From: Marsupella aquatica
Taxonomy: Eukaryota; Plantae; Marchantiophyta
NCBI GenBank assembly: GCA_973895155.1
Contig: OZ316892.1
Coordinates: forward strand, 27,241,233 to 27,305,232
DNA length: 64,000 nt
Reading direction: 5' to 3'
In this document: one piece after another, positions 60,315 through 64,000 of the stretch
How the letters are laid out: every line of letters starts with the position of its first letter
Position numbering within the stretch: the first letter of the stretch is position 1
Program-made: the position numbers and the translations under genes
Notes under the pieces: model-generated
Told to the model about the DNA's origin: nothing
Database searches by the model: none
What the model saw: the letters and a program-made list of their open reading frames with translations, nothing else

Positions 60315-62545
60315 AAGCCGAAGATAGAGTCCAGACAACGCGTCCAGTTAGCAGCACCTGCACTGAAATGACTCACTCCGTCACCCTCAACTCCACCTCA
60401 ACAGAGAGAAACGAGACACAGACAGCCCAAACTCCCGACTGCGAAACTTCACACAACAGCCCTAGTATCTCGTCATCGTACCCATCATTAGCAATGAGGT
60501 GAAGCTACTCACCAATGCAAGGCGGCAGCCGTGAGGCAGACTTCCTCCGGTCTTCGTCGTTCACCAAATCTCGCTCTTCTCTCTAGCTCATTCGCCTCTG
60601 CGATGCAAAATAAATAAATCCAGGGCAAATCGTACCAGTCTTCTCCTGCTACACAAAATTCTACCGTTCTCACTCCTCGCTCAGTATTCTCTCGATCTTC
60701 CTTTTGTCATTCATTCATTCATTCAAGGCTAGTTACCATTCCACCAGATCTTGTTTCTGTCACTGCGCCTTTTCTCGAGGGAAAATGCTTTTGTTCGGCG
60801 TCACGTACATTTTGTTTCCTTTCTCAAACGTTCTTCTTCTTGAGAAATTTGGAAATGCCTGATGAGGCGCGGGACAACGTACTGATGACGTGGAAGGCGA
60901 TGCCACGCGCTTGCCACTTGGTCTGAGCAATGGGGCAATGACACGTTCACAGGGACTGACTAAGCTCCGTAACTGCTTCGTTTTCTTGTTGTTTTGCGTG
61001 AAATAATGAATTTAAATAATTATTTTTCGTACGAGCCTCATTATTCCTTGGTTTCTTGTCTTTTTTGCATGAAATGAGTTTATGTGAATATCACCCGTTC
61101 CTTGTTATTTTTGCATAAAATGATTTAATACTGTTATTTTTATGTCTGGCCTTATTACCTGTCCTTTGAACCGTAAATAGAGATGAGAAGAAAAAACACT
61201 TTGAAAAAAAAGGACTCCATGCTATTTATTCTTCATCTTTGCTTATCTATTTTTTGTGTGCACTTTCATTTTTGCTCATCTGTTTTTTTTGTGTACACCT
61301 ACACTTTCAATTATGCCATCAGTTACAGTAGTCAGGGTCTAGAGATTTCACTTTTGATTGGGCTTCATTAATTAAATTATTATTACAATATCTAATTGAG
61401 CCCATTTCAGCTAATGGTCTGATTACAAAGTGTCATTTGGGTAAGAAGATTTCCTGGCCATTGGCTGAAAATATATTGTTTAGTCATGGTTTGATCAGCT
61501 TAAAGCACCTCCCCGTATGCCCTTCACCTTGCCTTGCATCCTCGCCCTGTATTCCTCCTCTTGCCCTCCCCTCCCCTCCATGCAATTGTGCAACGTTTGG
61601 GCACTGTGTAGATAAGTAAAAAGACAAAGAGTACAAGGTGGTACCCACAATGGTTAATGCCAACAATCAATGGATGATGACCTAAATCTAGTTGCCTACA
61701 ATATATATCAAAGTGCCAAAAGACAAAAATGGCCAAATCCAGAGGGCAGGATCCCAAAGACAAAGCAACCCAATAAAAGAAGGGAAGAAAATAGGGGAAG
61801 GCCCTAATAGGAGTTGTTGACTGCCTTCATTGTTTTTGCCACCTGGAACCCAGGGCAAAGTTAAGCCATTGCCAAGTTGCTTCCCCATAGCACCCCCATT
61901 CACCTGCACTTTGGGGCTGATTGAGACTGAGTTGGATTGTGAACAAATCAGTTAATAAGGTCTGCCGCCAACAGCGTCCAGTCCAACTGCATTAATTGCT
62001 TAGCAAACCCTCACCCCCAACCTTGATGTTTACCAATTAATGTGCATTTCCTTGAGGTTTAAAATTCACCATGCCACTGTACTTTAAGGGCTGACTTGTC
62101 ACCAACTTCCTGACCAATTGTGCAATGGAGAGTGCCTTTTACCCACCTACTAAGGTACCCTGGTCTGGGCCCCGGGCCACCCTTTATGACAACCCTAACA
62201 TATCCCAAACAAAAAAGGCTGGTCTCAATGAGTCGTGGGCAGACTGCATGGAGCAACTGGGCCAATGGGCAAAAGTCCCATGGTTTGGGTTGATTGATGA
62301 ATCTTGTGGGTTAATTGCAAGGCTGATTTTGAGTTGTTTGATATCAACCATTTGCCCTTGTGAGAGTTTCCTGTAAACACTTGTTAAATATACTACTAGC
62401 CCAAAGCCCATGCATGCATTGCCCAATGGTCATTGCAATCATGTTGTTTTGTGACAATACACACAAATATCAAGGTATGGCAAAGAGGTGCAAGTGAGGG
62501 AAGGAAATGTTGTTGTTCCTGGTGTGTTGTCATTGCAGTCATGTT

Positions 62546-64000
62546 TGTTAGATATTGCTCTAGTCTTGTGACTCTTGAGCTAATCACAGTTAGTCTAACT
62601 CGGGTTAGGACTTAGCTAATGTTAGCGGTAATGCTATTGTGCATATAGCCAGGGCTGATGCCAGACCCCGGTGGAACTTAGGCTCATTGTTACGGAGCTA
62701 GTTGAGAGATAGGGAGAGTTTGTGCTGTGGATGCTTGGTATGGCCGGTCGGCCTAGAGTGCAGTAAAGCTCTTGTGTGTTCCCGTGGACGTAGCCTCATG
62801 TGGAGGTGAACCACGTATCTCTCTGTGTCGACTCTTGTGCGTTGGATGGTTCATGGGCTTGCCGTTGCGAATGTCGTCTATGCTCAACAAGTGGTATCAG
62901 AGCATGCCTGGGAGGTGACGAGGTTTTTTTGTGACAGGTTTTTCCAGCGTTCATTGTCGGTGGCACATTCGGAGTTTCGTCGCATGAAACTCAAATGTGT
63001 GTGGCTGAGCGGATAGGTTAGTGAGAGGGCTTTCTAACGGTGGTTAGAACTCGCTGATCGGTATCCGTGGTACGGAGGAATTGAAGTTTGCGTCGTTCAG
63101 GTTTTATTCGTGTTCGACGGGTTTTCGGGGGAGTGACCAGAGTTTGCGTTTTTCAACGGTGTGAGTTGTGCGGTGTTCAGGAGATCACACATTATAGCTC
63201 AAGTTGAAGGTTGAAGCGAGCTGGTCGTTTCGGTAGCTGGATTGCTGCCGAGTTGTTACCGAGTGCGTCGTGACGAGTGAAGGAGGCGTTCAGGTTTTTT
63301 CACAAGCTATGGAGCTTGTTCACATCTGAACCGGGTTTCTCCTCGTGACGTTCGACTCGGTGGAAGAAACGCGAAGTGCTACGGCTCAATGGTTTGATCG
63401 CGATGAGGTGGTCGTTTTGAGCCCGGGATTGGCACTTGACACGGAGTGAAGGCGACGCGGCGGGAATTTTTTTTCAGTGCTGGAGTTGGAGACTGTGCCA
63501 GTGAAACTTCAAAACTTTTCCCGTCGGCGGCGTTCACTTTTCTTGTGAGGAACAGCGGCAATTAAAAATTGGCGTTGGTGAAGCTTCAAGATCGCGACGG
63601 TCAGACGGAGAGTCTGAGGAGGAGCTGCTACCGTTTGAGGAAGAACTAGTGACACCGGTACGATCACCGGTGCGGCGTGCAGTGGAGGAAGCTGTACTAC
63701 TACCAGAGCTGTCGGTAGTAGGGAAGAAGAGGGAGATGGCTAGATTTGGAGGAGTCAAGTTTGAGGTGGAGAAGTACGATGGTCGTACTGATTACTTGCT
63801 CTGGGAGAAGCAAGTGAAGGGTGTTCTTCGGGCCATGGGCTTAGCTCATCTGCTCTCTTCGCGAGAGCAGTATGATGGAGAAGAGGAGATCTCAGAGAAG
63901 CAGTGGAGACAGGAGCAGGTGATTGCTGTCAATGCAGTGATGCTTTATCTCAAGCCGCACATCATCAAGCAGCTGGATGATTATGCGGATTGCGTGTCAC
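62546..64000 (+). mobile_element. Ty1/copia LTR retrotransposon, 5' part
   Basis: LTR TGTT...AACA (62546-62889; left boundary less certain), tRNA-iMet PBS TGGTATCAGAGC at 62892-62903, a long leader, and gag from 63736. Confidence 0.88.
63736..64000 (+). CDS. gag: Copia gag N-terminus; runs off the window
   Basis: MARFGGVKFEVEKYDGRTDYLLWEKQVKGVLRAMGL matches the Tnt1-like KFEVEKFDG..F.LW gag start. Confidence 0.85.
   Translation, partial: MARFGGVKFEVEKYDGRTDYLLWEKQVKGVLRAMGLAHLLSSREQYDGEEEISEKQWRQEQVIAVNAVMLYLKPHIIKQLDDYADCVS

Overview
Eukaryotic plant genomic DNA with spliceosomal GT-AG introns. The gene and TE repertoire (secretory-type PPO, PHD-finger gypsy element, divergent intronless F-box genes) suggests a non-seed plant such as a liverwort; this is an inference. 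Intact or near-intact genes: DEAD-box helicase DBP5/DDX19/LOS4-type (8 exons, +), ASCL/PKSA-B-type type III polyketide synthase (4 exons, -), an uncharacterised probably plastid-targeted protein (2 exons, -), two convergent intronless F-box genes plus F-box relics, an intronless polyphenol oxidase (+) and a PV42-like CBS-domain SnRK1-gamma-like gene (3 exons, -). The left end is a minus-strand Ty3/gypsy element nested in an older PHD-finger gypsy element; the right end is the 5' part of a Ty1/copia element. Main observations: (1) a clear -1 ribosomal frameshift signal between protease and RT in the gypsy element; (2) a 14-copy higher-order minisatellite that appears to be an amplification of an F-box gene's own 5'UTR plus ancestral start codon, leaving about 12 upstream ATGs; (3) an LTR-end/LTR-start tandem junction behind a PHD-finger integrase tail; (4) a ~400-bp TIR element containing a tRNA-like Pol III cassette and hairpin repeats. 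No CRISPR arrays, rRNA or intact tRNA genes were seen. Coordinates were read by eye and may be off by a few bases, especially for degenerate repeats.
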